From Anaeramoeba ignava BMAN (Eukaryota > Protista > Anaeramoebae), in contig JAPDFW010000067.1 of the NCBI GenBank assembly GCA_028826165.1, positions 310,001 through 374,000 of the forward strand: a DNA stretch of 64,000 nt, in the 5' to 3' direction. How positions within the stretch are numbered: position 1 is the stretch's first letter; every line of letters begins with the position of its first letter. Both the position numbers and the translations under genes were made by a program. This document shows, in pieces, positions 27,090 through 41,700 of the stretch. Below the pieces are notes generated by a model. It did not search any database. It worked only from the letters and a program-made list of their open reading frames with translations, and was not told where the DNA came from.

Positions 27090-29886
27090 TTAATCATCTT
27101 TTTCTTTTTCTTTTTCTTTTTCATTTTCATTTTCATTTTCATTTTCATTTTCTTTTTCTTTTTCTTTTTCTTTTTCTTTTTCATCTTGATTTGTGTTTTC
27201 ATTTGTGTTTTCATTTTCATTTTCATTTTCATTTTCATTTTTCTTTTTATCATATTGTTCTTGATTCCAAATTGGAATTCCTAATTTATCAATTGGTTTT
27301 GGTTCTGGATCTTTCTTTTCATCATAAAGTGTTGTTCTAACAAAAAATTTCAATTTAAAAATTTCAATTTAAAAAATTTCAATTTAAAAAATTCAATTTA
27401 TAAATTTCAATTTAAAAAATTTCAATTTAAAAAATTTCAATTTAAAATTCAATTTATAAATTTTAAAATAAATACGTTGGATTGTTAAACCACCAATTTC
27501 CATCTTTTTCATGGAAATATTTAACTTTCCATTCTTCTTTGGTTTTGTTTCGAAGATTTCTTTCTTGTCTTTGTCTTTCTTCAAGTTCAGATTTATATTT
27601 AGTAGCTTCATCTACATCTCCTTTATTTAGACTTAATTTTAATTTTAATTTTAATTTCAATTTTAATTTAAATTTGATTTTAATTTTAATTTTAATTTTA
27701 ATTTTAATTTTAATTTTAATTTTAATTTTAAATATTAATTTTAATTTTAATATTAATTTTAATTTTAATTTTTAATTTTAATTTTTAATTTTAATTTTAA
27801 TTTTAATTTTAATTTTAATTTTAATTTTAATTTTAATTTTTTAATTTTAATTTTAGTTTTAATTTTAATTTTAGTTTTAATTTTAATTTTAATTTTAATT
27901 TTGATTTTGATTTTAATTTTAATTTTGATTTTAATTTTAATTTTGATTTTAATTTTAATTTTAATTTTAATTTTAATTTTAATTTTAATTTTAATTTTAA
28001 TTTTAATTTTAATTTTAATTTTAATTTTAATTTTAATTTTAATTTTAATTTTACGCAGCAGTGACTTTTCTCCATAAATTTCTAGATTCAAATTCTTCTT
28101 GGTCTTGTTCAGGTGGAACATAAAGTTTGTGATGACGAAGTTTTGAAACATCAAGAAATTCTTTTTTTTGAGGTTTATACTTCTTAATTCCTTTTTGTTT
28201 TATTGCTGCTTTTACAAACTGTTTAGTTTCCTTGATATACATTATTGAATCCCATTTCCCAGATAATTCATACATCTTAGTATCATTTTGGAAAATATTT
28301 CCACCAATATGATTAGGTTCACCTTTCCAAAAAGACTATATTTTAATTTTAAATTTAATTTTAATTTTAATTTTATTTAATTTTAATTTTAATTATGATT
28401 TTATAAATGAATTTTAATTTTAATTTTAATTTTAATTTTAATTTTAATTTTAATTTTAATTTTAATTTTAATTTTAATTTTAATTTTAATTTTATTTAAT
28501 TTTAATTTTAATTTTAATTTTAATTTTAATTTTAATTTTAATTTTAATTTTAATTTTAATTTTAATTTTAATTTTAATTTTAATTTTAATTTTAATTTTA
28601 ATTTTAAATTTTAATTTTAAATTTTAATTTTAATTTTTAATTTTAATTTTAATTTTATAAATGAATTTTAATTTTTAATTTTAATTTTAATTTTAATTTT
28701 AATTTTAATTTTATAAATGAATTTTAATTTTAATTTTAATTTTGATTTTAATTTTAATTTTAATTTTGATTTTAAATTTAATAAATGAATTTTAATTTTA
28801 TAAATGAATTTTAATTTTTCATTTATTGAATTTTGTATTCTATTGTAGATTGAATTGAGATTTTCATTTATTGAATTTTATAAATAGATATAAATTTTAA
28901 TTATAAATTTGATTAAAAAAAAATACCTTTGATTTAAACTCAATAATAGCACGACATTTTGTTTTAGGACAACGAACAAAAACCTTATCACAATTTTCCA
29001 TAAAAGTTTTACCAAGAATAATACCTCTAGCATAAACATCAGGAAGATTAAATTCATAAACCTCATCCAAATTGAGGAAATTAAGAGTACACAAACTAGA
29101 ATTAGCCATCAAACTTGCGGCAGAATTCCCATAAAATTTGCTTTTAGTATGAATCCAACCGTTGATAGTCCAGTTATGCTTTCTGTTCTCAACATAAAAA
29201 CTAGAAATAGGCGGATGATGAGAAACTTGTTCACAAAGTTGGGTCGTTATTCCGTTGCCGGATTCTTTATGATTTAAATAACAACGGAAAGTCTCCCCCA
29301 AAATTGAATTATACGGTTTTTTAACCCCTTGTGGTCCCATATGAAAACCTGACAAGTAAAACTTTGTAACTGTCAATAGTCGCTCAAGTGGATCTGTCTG
29401 TTTTTCAATCTCAAATAGTAAGTTGACATGGATTAAAAAGTCAGATGTTCTTTCTAAAAATGACCGAGGTTCTAAAATGAATGTTGGTAATGTCACTCGT
29501 GTTAAATCCATCCCGATTGACAGTTGTTTTATCATTGCCATTATTATGGACCCGTGTTTTTGCATAAGTTCTTCTTCTCGTTTCACTTTTTTGATTTTTA
29601 CTTCCTCATCTGGTAAATACTCTTTTGCATCTTCTGCTGCTTTATAATATTCTTCGATTTTTTTTTTCACTTCTTCACTGTCTTCTTGTTCTTTTTCTTT
29701 TTCTTTTTCTTTTTCTGTTTCTTTTTCTGTTTCTGTCGTTTGTTTTTCATCCGTTTTTTCCGGCTCAAATGTTAGATCTTGCCAATCATTTTCACCATCT
29801 GAATCTGTGTCATTTCCATTATCATTTTCATTGTCATTTTCATTATCATTTTCATTGTCAATTTTGTTTTTTTCTTGATCGCTCAT
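27090..29886 (-). CDS. Oxysterol-binding protein-related protein (ORP/Osh); exons 29886-28927, 28335-28055, 27631-27476, 27336-27090
   Basis: GMDLTRVTLPTFILEPRSFLE, KKPYNSILGETF, EQVSHHPPIS signature, KSELEERQRQER. Confidence 0.93.
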
Positions 29887-30260
29887 TTTTATTTGTTGTA
29901 ATTTTTTTATTGAATTTTAATTTTTTTTATTTTAATTTTTATTTTAATTTAAATGTAAAAAAAAAAATGAAAAAAAAAATAAGAAAAAAAAAAAATTTTT
30001 TTAAATAAAACAAATTAAAAAAAATAAAAAAAGAGAAAAAGGAGAAAAATTTTTTTTTTTTTTTTGCTTTTTTTTTTTCATTTATTGATTAAATTAAAAA
30101 AAGGGGTTATTTATTTAGATTTAATTTAGATTTTAATTTTATTTTTAATTTTAATTTTAATTTTAATTTTAATTTTATTTAAAAAAAAAAATGGAAAAAT
30201 TTAAAATGTCAAAATTTTTTTTTTTCATTTTTTTTTTTCATTTTTTTTCTTTTTTTAAAA

Positions 30261-33200
30261 ATGAAATCACAAAGGAAACATTTTCAACAATTTGTAAATT
30301 AATAAAATTAAAAATTAAATATTAATATTAAAATTTAAATATTAATATTAAAATTAATATTAAAAAAGAATGATAAAGGATTTGAAATTCATGATTTTTC
30401 AGTTTCTTCTCCTTGGGAAAAATTTATATCAGAAATTGAAATGAATTTAAGAAAATTATCATTAGATGCTGTTCAATATTTTTCAAGAAACGTATTTTAA
30501 AAACAACAAAAAACAAAACAAAAAACAAAATAATTTTTTTTAATTTTCAAATTAAATTAAAAAAAAATAGAATAAAAAACAAAATATAACAAAAATAATT
30601 GAAGTTAATGGAAAACAAACGAAATTAAAATATAAAAATTTTGGTTCTTTTCAAAAAAATTCAGATTCAAAATTTTTCCCTTTAATGAAAGCAATGATGG
30701 AAACTAAAAAGGAATTTAGTTCACCAGAACTTTTACAAAGATGGTTCAAACAAGAAAAAAAACAAAAATTAGTTTTTTTTATTTTAATTTTTTTATCATT
30801 TTAATTTTAGGTTTGGTCTTTCTGAATTTATTATTATAAAAATTAAAGATTTTTCTTTAAATGAAGCTAGTATTATTCTTAGTAGTTTATCCATTGCTTT
30901 AGATAATTGTGGAAGGTTTATTTTCCGAGTTTATTATCAATTCAAATTTAAATTCAAAATCAATTCAAAATTAAAATTCAAAATCAATTCAAAATTAAAA
31001 TTCAAAATCAATTTAAAAATTAAAATTAAAATTAAAATTAAAATTAAATTAAAATTAAAATTAAAATTAAAATTTAAATTCAAAATCAATTCAAAAATTA
31101 AAATTAAAATTAAAATTAAAATTAAAATTAAAATTAAAATTAAAAATAAAATTAAAATTAAAATTCAAAAATTAAAATTTAAATTCAAAATCAATTTAAA
31201 ATCAAAATCAAAATCAAAATCAATTTAGAAATCAATTTAAAATTCAAAATCAATTTAAAAATTAAAATTAAAATTAAAATTAAAATTAAATTAAAAATCA
31301 ATTCAAAATCAATTCAAAATCAATTTTAAAATCAATTCAAAATCATTTTAAAAATCAATTTAAAATCAATTCAAAATCAATTTTAAAATTAAAATTAAAA
31401 TTAAAATTAAAATTAAAAATTAAAATTAAAATTAAAATTAAAATTAAAATTCAAATTAAAATTCAAATTAAAATTCAAATTAAAATTCAAATTAAAATTA
31501 AAATTAAAATTAAAATTAAAAATAAAATTAAAATTAAAATTAAAAATCAATTCAAAATCATTTTAAAAATTAAAAATATTTAGTCCAGTTCCTGTTTTTG
31601 TTTTATTAATTGATGGACTCAAAAAACATTATATTGGTTATGCAACCCATAATAATATTACAACAAAATTCGATTCTTTAATTCAAAGTAATGATGATAT
31701 TATTGATTTCCCTCATTTACTTGATATGTTTTGCATGAAACTTGTAATTCTTTCTATTTTTTTTTTTCTTAAATTTTCTATTCATTTCATTTCTTTTTAT
31801 GAAACTAAATCAATAGGAAATTCCTCCAGAAAAAACAAAGAAAATTTCCATATCTTCTCATTTTACTTACGATATTAATTCGGATGATATTCCAGTTGAT
31901 AAAAAATATATCGGAATTTTTCCTTATAAACAAAAAGAATATGAATCAACTATTAATTATAGCAAATATAGTGATCCAATTTCTAGTAAAAAGAAAAAGA
32001 AAAAAAGAAAAAAAGAAAAAAGAAATATCGATCAAATTTTTCTTATTAAATTTCATTTAGGAATCCTTTTGGAAGTAAAATGGCCTTATTTCCAAGATAA
32101 AAAAATTTTAGAGAAAGATTCTTTAACTTTATTTAATCCATTCTTATCAAAATTTTGGAGATTAAGAGTCGAATTTTTGGAAAGGTTTAATATATTAATA
32201 TATTTATTATCAAATTCAATTTGAATTTTAATTTTAATTCTCATGTTATTTTTATTAAATTATCAAAAAAAAAAGTCCTCAATGCTTATTATGTGAAGGA
32301 TTAACTCAATTAATGAATTTTTTTATAAAAGGAAAGAAAATTGAATCCTTATTAGGTTTACTTGAAAAAAATACAAACAAAACTAAAAAATCAGGAAAGA
32401 TCATTGGAATGTTTGGAAGAATTAAAAACTCTTTACAAAATAGTTTATCAAAAAAATCACCACTTCCTAATTTAGATATTAAAGATATAATCCAAGATTT
32501 ATTTATTTTTAATCAAGATGAAAATTTGAATGAAAATGAAAATGAAAATTCAAATGAAAATCAAAAAGACAATGAAAAATTAGATCGCAAAGAGTCTTTG
32601 AATTTGCCAAGATTATCTATTAAAACAGCTCCATCTAATACTTTAATTTCTCGATTAGCACTTCATTGTGCATTTCAAGAAAATCTTAAAAGTATATTAT
32701 TTTTTATTCTCAATTAATTAAATCTAATTTTCTGGATTTCTTAAAAAAAAAAAACAATATATTGATTTTTTTTTTCTTATCAAATAGAAATTGCTCAAAT
32801 TTGGAATCAATTTTTAATTCATTTGAGGTGGTGTTGGGAAAATGGAAAAAAACTCCCAGGAATACCTTTAAGTCCACCTGATTTAAGATATTCTTTAATT
32901 TATCAAAAATTACAAATGCTTAATTTATGCATTGAAAAGAAAACACGAGAAAAAAACGAGAAACAAAATTTAAAAGAAAATTCAAAAGAAAATTTAAAAG
33001 AAAATTCAAATGAAAATTCAAATGAAAATTTAAATGAAAATTCAAATGAAAATTCAAATGATAATTTAAAAGATATTTTGAATGAAAATTCAAATGATAA
33101 TTTAAAAGATATCTTGAATGAAAATGATTCAACAGAAGTTGCTAATGGATGGGATATTGGAGAAGATATTCTTGATGAAATGATTGGAGAAGATGATAAT

Positions 33201-35669
33201 AAACAAAATCATCAAGAATATATTAAAGAAAATGTAAATATAGAAAAAGAAAATGATTCTATAGAAAGTTCTGGAAATGATTCTGATGAAGATTCGCAAG
33301 AACAACCAGATTTAGATTTAGATAATCTTGATGTTCCAGATTTTGATTTTCAAAATATTTCTTCAGATGAATCAGAAAATGAATCAGAAAATAATTTAGG
33401 AAATAAATTAGAAAATAATTTAGAAAATGAATCAAAAAGTGAATCAAATAATAATTTAGAAAGCGAATCAAATAATAATTTAGAAAGTGAATCAAATAAT
33501 AATTTAGAAAATGAAAAAATCCAAAATTTCCAAAATTTTCAACCATCAGGTCAACTTAAATTTGTTGATGGAATGCTACTTCTTAAAACAGGAGAAAAAA
33601 TGTGGGAACCAATTACACAAGATCCACTTCATTTAACAGAAGATAAACTTATTGAACAACAAGAACTTTTTGTTAGATTAGGAACAAGTGAACATGGAGC
33701 AAATATTCGTGCACAAATTCAAAGTAAACAATTATTAGCTGATATGCAAGCCTTTAAAGCAGCAAATAAAAATAGTATTCTCGAGGATTTTGTTCGTTGG
33801 TATTCACCTCGAGATTGGATTGTTGATTCCTCAAATATTAATCAAGGAAAATTAAGCTCAAGAATGATAAAACAAAATAATATTTGGGTTAAAACTTGGG
33901 AAGAAGCTAATCCTATTCCTGCTCAAAATCAAAAACCTTTATTTGATCATATTAAAGAAGCCGAAGTTGCACTTCATTATTTTGACACTTTGTCATCAAA
34001 AGAAATTCTTCGGCAGTATTTTTATTTTAATTTAAATATTTTTATTTAATTTTAATTTAAATATTTGATTTTGATTTAAATATTTAATTTTAATTGATTT
34101 TAATTTAAATATTTGATTTTAATTTAAATAATTGATTTTGATTTTATTGATTTTAATTTAAATATTTTTATTTGATTTTAATTTAAATATTTGATTTAAA
34201 TATTTGATTTTAATTTAAATATTTAATTTTAATTTAAATATTTTTATTTTAATTGATTTTAATATTTAATTTTAATTTATTTGATTTTGATTTAAATATT
34301 TAATTTTTAATTTAAATATTTTTATTTTAATTGATTTTAATTTAAATATTTGATTTTAATTTTAATATTTAATTTAATTGATTTTAATTTAAATATTTAA
34401 TTTTAATTTAAATATTTGATTTTTAATTTTGATTTAATTTAAATATTTGATTTTAATATTTAATTTTTGATTTTAATATTTAATTTTTGATTTTAATTTA
34501 AATATTTGATTTTAATTTAAATATTTGATTTTTAATTTAAATATTTGATTTTAATTTAAATATTTGATTTTAATTTAAATATTTGATTTTAATTTTATTG
34601 ATTTTAATTTAAATATTTTTATTTGATTTTAATTTAAATATTTGATTTTAATTTAAATATTTGATTTTAATTTAAATATTTGATTTTTAATTTAAATATT
34701 TGATTTTAATTTAAATATTTTGATTTTAATTTATTTAATTTTATTGATTTTAATTTAAATATTTGATTTTGATTTAAATATTTAATTTTAATATTTAATT
34801 TTGATTGATTTTAATTTGATTTTAATTTTTGATTTAATTTAAATATTTAATTTAAATATTTGATTTTTATTTATTTGATTTTGATTTAAATATTTGATTT
34901 TAATTTAAATATTTGATTTTAATTTTATTGATTTTAATTTGATTTAAATATTTGATTTATTTGATTTAAATATTTGATTTTAATTTAAATATTTGATTTT
35001 AATATTTAATTTTTGATTTTAATTTGATTTAAATATTTGATTTAAATATTTGATTTAAATATTTGATTTAATTTATTTGATTTTAATTCAGGCTTTTGGG
35101 AATTGCTATAAGTAGTACTGTAGATCTTTTAATTAATACACCTGTTTCAAAATGTTCAAAAATTAAAAATCAACTTATAAATTTAATCAATCAAATTAAT
35201 TCTTTATATTCTACAAAAATGAAGTAAATAATTTTTTTCTTTCCTTTTTAAAAAGTTTTATTTATAATTTTTTTAATTTCTTTCTCTTTCAAAAAAAAGA
35301 AAAAATGAAATTGAAAAATTAATTGAAATGATTCAAGAAATTGAAATCGAAATTATTCAATTAAATTCATTATGGAAAAAATTAAATGGAGATTTAGAAA
35401 TGATTCAAGAATTTTTATCTTCAACAAATTTTAGAATTAAAATCAATGATGAACGTAAAAGAGAAATTGTACTTCATTTATTTAATGAATTTTCACAAGA
35501 AAATGAAAATGATTTTTCACTTCCTGAACCAGAAAATAAAGAATTTATATTTAGAATTTCATCTCCATATCCAATTCAATCATCAAATCCTGTTTCTCAT
35601 CGAATGTATGCTTTTGTTTCAAATGGTGTTCTTAGAATTTCTACAGCAATTTCAGAATCTTATATTTAA
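30261..35669 (+). CDS. RAB3GAP1: Rab3 GTPase-activating protein catalytic subunit (11 exons by my reading)
   Basis: DFSVSSPWEKFISEIE, QRWFGLSEF, LRWCWE, LLADMQAFKAAN...LEDFVRWYSPRDW...LSSRM, QKPLFD. GT donors at 30294, 30492, 30744, 30916, 31744, 31986, 32185, 32692, 34016 and 35225. Confidence 0.92.
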
Positions 35670-35788
35670 TCAATAATTAATTTTAAATTTTCAATCAATT
35701 TTCAATCAATTTTCAATCAATAATAAATAAAACAAATACATGATTTTTCATTTGGATTATTTTTTTTTTCTTCCTTTTTTTTTTAAAA

Positions 35789-38700
35789 TTATTTTTTTTT
35801 AGATGATCTTAATCTAGAACGTATTGTTATATTTGAGAAATTCTTTTTACTTTTTGATTTTGATTTTGATTTTAAATTTGATTTTAAATTTGATTTAGAT
35901 TTAGATTTAGATTTTAAATTTGATTTTAAATTTGATTTTAAATTTGATTTTAAATTTGATTTTAAATTTGATTTTAAATTTGATTTTAAATTTGATTTTA
36001 AATTTGATTTTGATTTTAAATTTGATTCATTTTCATTTGATTCATTTTCATTTGATTCATTTTCAGAATTATATTCTTTTTTTGATTTTGATTTAGATTT
36101 TAAATTTGATTTTGATTTAGATTTAGATTTAGATTTAGATTTAGATTTAGATTTAGATTTAGATTTAGATTTAGATTTAGATTCAGTTTGTTCATTTTCA
36201 TTTGATTCATTTTCAGAATTATATTCTTTTTTTGATTTTGATTTAGATTTAGATTTAGATTCAGTTTTTTCATTTTCATTTGATATATTTTCATTTGATT
36301 CATTTTCATTTGATTCATTTTCAGAATTATATTCTTTTTTTGGTTTTGATTTTGATTTTAAATTTGATTTTAAATTTGATTTTGATTTAGATTTAGATTT
36401 AGATTTAGATTTAGATTTAGATTCAGTTTGTTCATTTTCATTTGATACATTTTCATTTGATTCATTTTCATTTGATTCATTTTCATTTGATTCATTTTCA
36501 TTTGATTCATTTTCATTTGATTCATTTTCATTTGATTCATTTTCATTTGATTCATTTTCATTTGATTCATTTTCAGAATTATATTCTTTTTTTGATTTTG
36601 ATTTTGATTTAGATTTAGATTTAGATTTAGATTCAGTTTGTTCATTTTCATTTGATTCATTTCCAGAATTATATTCTTTTTTTGATTTAGATTTAGATTT
36701 TAAATTTGATTTTGATTCATTTTTATTTTCATTTGATTCATCTTCTCTAAAATTATCTTCTCTTTCAAATTTTGCTTTGGATTTAATTTCATTTTTAATT
36801 CTTCTTTCACTTTCAATCGAAATTCTTGTTCTCGAATCAAGAGAATTTAAATTTTTAGATTTTTGCGAATCAGAAAAATGATCTTCTTGATGAATTTTAC
36901 TAATCAAGGGAATTCCATAACAAACAGGAGCAGAACCAATTATATAATTCAATACACATGATTTTCGTGAATTTGCAACAACATCAAGTAAGTGAGATTC
37001 GAATAAATGATTTTCCTTCATTTTATCAGGAACCCAAGTCTCAATAATCATCTTGGAAAATCTATCAATATCTTTATCAGTAACATCCCACAAATTAGCA
37101 ACAACCAAAGAAGAACCGGATAATAAATAAGATAAAGGTGTCCCAAAAACCTCATAATCTCCATCATTTCGTAGTAATCCACTTGAACACCCCATTAATA
37201 GCAAAATACCACATTTTCTTATTTTCTGGATTTGGTTGTGATTGAAATATTGCTCTCCTCCTCCATGTCCGCAATAAATAATCCCATCACTACTTTCTAA
37301 TCCTTCTTGAAACTCTTTCTTTGTTGGTGCTTTCCCAATAATTCCTTCCCATTTTCCCATTGATTTGAATAAATCTTCAAAATTCTTTTGTGTTGAATTA
37401 AGATCGCCTCCAGGATTCAAAACATAAAATACTTTTTGGATATTCTTCTTGAGATAATAAAATTTTTCTTCTTCTTTTTTTTGTGGGGAATTTTTGGAAA
37501 CTGACATTTGAGAAAATTTATATGATAAATTTCCCATTTCATTTTGATTTTGATTTTGATTTTGATTTTGATTTTGATTTTGATTTTGATTTTGATTTTG
37601 ATTTTGATTTTGATTTTGATATTCATTTTGATTTTGATTTTCTTTTTCTTTTGATTCTTCTTTTTCTTTTTCAGAGATTAAGTGATGATGTATAAATAAT
37701 AAACTGGGCATCCGTGAAACTGGTTGATTCCGAAGAATTGGAATACTTTCCCATGGAAAATTCTGCAATCGCGAATCCAATATTAAGATTACTGGATGAT
37801 TCTTATTGAAAACTTGATCTTGTTGTTTATTTCCATTTTTGTTCGTTTCACTTGGTTGAAGTTTGATAATTTCTTGCACTGATGAATTGAAAACCGAAAA
37901 ATACTTCTTTAATGTTAAAACAATTCCTTGCTTAATTGATGAGAATTTCTTTTTGTCTGAAAGAGATAATTGCACTTCCTTTTCCGAAATGCCAAAAAGT
38001 AAAGTATCAGAAACAATTTCTTGTAATTGTTTATCTTGAAGAAAATTATTTGATGATAGAATGATATCCAGCAATCTCAATGAAAAGGAAACTGAATATG
38101 TTTGTAAAATTTTATCACGAATCATTTTGCAATATTTCGATTTCAAAGTTTGTAATGATAAATCACTTTCTATTCCAGTAATTATTCCTTTCCATTTGCC
38201 AAGTATTCCATCTTCTAAGGTTTTTCCAAAGTTGTTCATCTCTTGATCAATTGCAAATCTTGTTTCCCACCATTTTTTCTTTTCTTTTTCTGATTGATTT
38301 TTTTTTGAATTTGAATTTGAATTTGAATTTGAATTTGAATTCGTTGTTGATTTTTGGCTTTTCTTCAAAATTTCTGTAAATTCACTAAATAATTGATGAA
38401 TAGATACTTCTTTGCAGGGAACTCGAATCACTAAAGGCTTAGACTCGCAGCTTCGGATTCTTGATACTAAAATATGATTTGTATTTGGCTCAAATTTCAT
38501 TGATACAATTGTCCATTCTTTCGGCAAATTTTGGAAATTTTCATTTGGATCAGAATCTTTATTAAATTCCATCAAATCAAATGATTTTGTGAGTAAAATA
38601 TCATCTTTGAAACCAATTTTGATTTGTTGTTTTTTTCTTTCAAGTATATGAAGCATTCGATGTCTCAATGAAATAGCAAAAGCTAAATTATGATAATAGG

Positions 38701-41700
38701 CTGTTTTTAATGGATACATTCTTCCATAAATTAAGGCAAGAAAATCACATACTTTTTCAAAAAGACTGAAAATTCCACTTTTGGAAACTGCTCGATAGGA
38801 ATGCAATAAGAAGGTTTGCGCCTTTTGGATCTTGGATAACCCTCTTTTCATTTCATTTTTGGCAAATCTTTGTGGGAAATCTTTTGAGAATAATTTCTTG
38901 AAATTTTGCGTATTTTTCTTTCGATTAAACCCCCAGATGTAGTTGAAAATATCTTGATTTTTAATCACTAATATTTTTGCAAGATACAAATTAATTTGCG
39001 CTAAATCCACTTGATTTAAATGATCTTTCCATCCAGAAAGTAATTTGTTGAAAATTCTTTTGCATTTTCGTAATTCATTTTGATGAAAATAACAAATTCC
39101 TATTTGGATCATTATTTTTGCTTTCGTTTTATAAAGTAGATAAAAAGGAAATTCAACAGAATTTTTTTGAATTTTTTGCAAGTCAATTTCCTTTTGTTTT
39201 GTTGTGCTTTTAATTTGTGAAAACAATTCATTCAATTTTGCAATTTTTGATTCTTCGAGTATTTCTGATGAAATCATTTTGCTCATTAACTCATTTTCTT
39301 TTTTGAAATTCTTGAGTATTTTTTTATAATCACCCAATACTTCCATCGATTTTTCAAAATGATTTTGATTTTGATACAGAAAATTTTGATACTTCAATTT
39401 TTTGAGTAAATATTTAGGATCTGAAATGGAAATTTGGGTTTTTTGGTTTTGAGTTGGTTTCTTTTGTTTCAAGGAAGATTTGTGGGGAATTTCTTTTGAT
39501 TGATTTGCTTCATTTAAACTTTCATACAAATTTTGAATTTTTGATCCTTGGAATTTTATGTAATTGGTTGAAAGAATTTCATTATTATCGATATTAATAT
39601 CATTTTGGGTTGAATTTGAATTTGAATTTGAATTTGAATCATTATCATGAAATGATAATAATGCAGAATTCAGATAAGTAAAACACTTTTCCCAGTTATT
39701 TCGCTTACTTTCAATGTAAGCAAAATTGATTAAAGAATCTGCAATCATGGAAGAGACATGAAGTTTCTCTCCTAATTTCAAATGTTGTTTCAAATAAAAT
39801 GAAGATTCATTTGGCAAACCTTGAAGATCATAAATTTTCCCATGAAGTTTTAAGCATTTATATAACCATTTGATTGCAGTCCATTGGAATTTGATAAATA
39901 AATTTTGGGAAGGAAGATGATAGAAATGATTTCTTAAATTTCCGTTTTGATTTGCCTCTTTATTTTCATCAAATGGAGACACTTTTTCTTTTTGTTTGAA
40001 GCAAATTGAGGAGAAAATTTCATTTGCTTGATTGATAAATTTCATTGATGAATGCAATTTTCCTCGTTTTTTGTGTATTTTAGCTATTAAATAATAACTT
40101 ATTCCAATTAATAAAACTTGCTCTTTTGACGTGAAATTTTCCAAAATTAATTCATTTTCTTTTGGATTGTTTTTGTTCAGAAATGATATTATTTTATCGA
40201 TTTGAATCTCACAAGAATTCAAGTGATTCATCTTGATTAAATGACTCATAAATAGCAACTCATGGAATATTTGATATAAATTATTTGATTCTTCATTGCT
40301 TTGTTGAGTTTTGGCTGTTATTTTTGAAATGAATTTTGGATATAATTCGCGACTGACAACCTGAGAATCCAAAAAGAGTTTTGCATTTGCTGAGTATCCA
40401 AGTTTTGAATATGCATCGCCAATCATCCCACAACAAAAGCTCAACGTTTTGATTGATATTTTTTGATAACAGTAGAAAATCATCAGAAAAATTAACTTTG
40501 AAATTAATAGTTGACTTGAAGGAGATTGCAAGAGATCAAAATATTCAGAAATTGTCAGCATCATTTGCAAGGTTCTTTCAAAAGAATCAAACATATTGAA
40601 ATTTTTATCCTGATATTCTTGATTCTGAGATGGGGTTTCAAGTAAATTTTCTGTAAAAATCTTTGTCCAATAAGAAATTGATTTGATAAAATGAAATTGA
40701 GGTTCTTGAATTTCTGAATTGTTTTCAATAATAAATATACCTTTCCAAAAATGAGAAATTGCAAGGTTATCAAGAACAGAAACAAGATTCAGATCCAGAT
40801 TTACTAAGAAAGAATCGAAAAGAGAAAAAAAAAATGAGGAATTTGTTTTGTTTTGTTTTTTTAAATGAAAAACTCACTTAATTTGTTATTTGAAAGTTTT
40901 TCTAAAATATTGATGGATTGGTCTAAAAGATTATCTGCAGCTTGAATGCCGACATCTTCTTGAATAAATTTGTAATTGTGATCAATTTGCAATTTTCTGA
41001 TGATTTTTGCCTTTTCGCAAAGAAGAGAGGCATAAATCAAAGAACTTTTTTTTGATTTTAATTGATGGATAATATGTTGAATAACGATCCATTGACGCTC
41101 TATTGTATGCAAGGTATTGTTTGTTTTTTCTGCAAAATCTTGCTCAGATTTGATAAGCCAAAAGAGAAATTTATTGACAATCTCGCTTGAATTGAGAGAA
41201 TTGAGTTGATGAATTAGAAATTTGTTGATTGAGTTGATTGAGTATTTTTCGCCATCTTGCATTTTCAAGAAAGATGAAGAAGAATTTTTCTTTGATGAAA
41301 AAGCTTGATGAGAAAGAATAACATATTGATTCAGAAGAACGATGATTTGATTTTTTGAGGTTTGAAAATCAGGAAGTAAAAGCACTATAGACTTGACTAA
41401 AAAATCAATTGCATTTGGATATTGTTGCGACTTGAGATAGCAATTAAACACAATTTGATATCTTTTGGAAAGAACATCTTTGGATTGGTTTTGTGAATGG
41501 AGATGTTGATAGAATTGACAGGAAAGAATAATTGGCTTTAAAGCATATGAATAACTTGTTTCGTTGAAAAGATGAACAGCAAAATTAAACAGAAAAGTTG
41601 ATAGCCAATGATATTCTGAGTTGAATCTGTCTTTGTATTTGCTAATTTTTTCAGAGGCGTTGATGAGAATTTGGAAGGAAGAAAAAAGTGCATTTTCTTC

